DNA from: Eubacteriales bacterium
GTDB lineage: Bacteria; Bacillota; Clostridia; Oscillospirales; CAG-272
Direction of reading: 5' to 3'
DNA length: 64,000 bases
Assembly (NCBI GenBank): GCA_045580835.1
Contig: JAZNOM010000048.1
Location: 21,908-85,907, forward strand
Shown: piece after piece, positions 63,851-64,000 of the stretch
How the letters are laid out: every line of letters starts with the position of its first letter
Position numbering within the stretch: the first letter of the stretch is position 1
Notes under the pieces: generated by a model
The model's database searches: none
The model's input: the letters and a program-made list of their open reading frames with translations, nothing else
What the model was told of the DNA's origin: nothing
Position numbers and translations under genes: made by a program

Positions 63851-64000
63851 TTACTTAATTTTTACTTTTGTACCAACAATGGGACAAATAATGATGTTGC
63901 AAACAAATTCAACTATAAAGTTTATTCCTACGAGAACGGTAATCATATAAATGAATACGTTAGTTTCTCCTGCCCATTGTCTTAAAATCTCCGGATAAAA
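63851..64000 (-). CDS. C-terminal part of a membrane protein, truncated by the window edge
   Basis: The minus-strand frame is open from the window edge to the TAA at 63851..63853. Translation is hydrophobic (...IYMITVLVGINFIVEFVCNIIICPIVG...). Confidence 0.45.
   Translation of the reverse strand, partial: FYPEILRQWAGETNVFIYMITVLVGINFIVEFVCNIIICPIVGTKVKIK

Noticed and set aside
1-64000. CRISPR arrays, rRNA genes, prophage structural genes or conjugation genes
   Set aside because: I found no regularly spaced direct repeats with unique spacers, no rRNA-like sequence, and no capsid/tail/terminase or VirB4/relaxase-like ORFs anywhere in the window.

Overview
This window looks like a low-GC Firmicutes/Clostridia chromosome from a spore-former. 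Bases 1-31.1 kb and 60.4-64 kb are ordinary core genes. They include the conserved yqfC-yqfD-phoH-ybeY-era-recO cluster, mutS2, metF plus a split metH, the rplU-prp-rpmA operon, galE, one tRNA-Leu(TAG) and a reverse rubrerythrin. Between them is a ~29.3 kb integrative island (31092..60358) inserted into the 3' end of the rubrerythrin gene. A 23-bp direct repeat marks both ends, the displaced rubrerythrin C-terminus survives at the right end, and a tyrosine integrase plus GTGGG(C/A)AA arm-type repeats sit at the ends. The island has no conjugation genes and is packed with defence-type cargo. The most interesting item is a tightly coupled 4-gene operon (37006..39806) encoding a caspase-like (C14) protease followed by three different TIR-superfamily proteins, which I read as a Thoeris-like TIR-to-caspase signalling system. 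Other cargo includes a standalone Abi/DRT-type reverse transcriptase next to 1.2 kb of ORF-free, repeat- and hairpin-rich DNA, and an SF1 helicase fused to a DUF2726/PD-(D/E)xK-like nuclease. There is also an orphan Gp49/HigB-like toxin, an AbiH gene with one in-frame stop, a frameshifted NUDIX gene and a DUF3990/DUF3791 module. Two sigma/anti-sigma pairs with giant lipoproteins complete the cargo, and that block shows internal duplications. I saw no CRISPR array and no rRNA. All functional calls come from motif recognition by eye, not from database searches.
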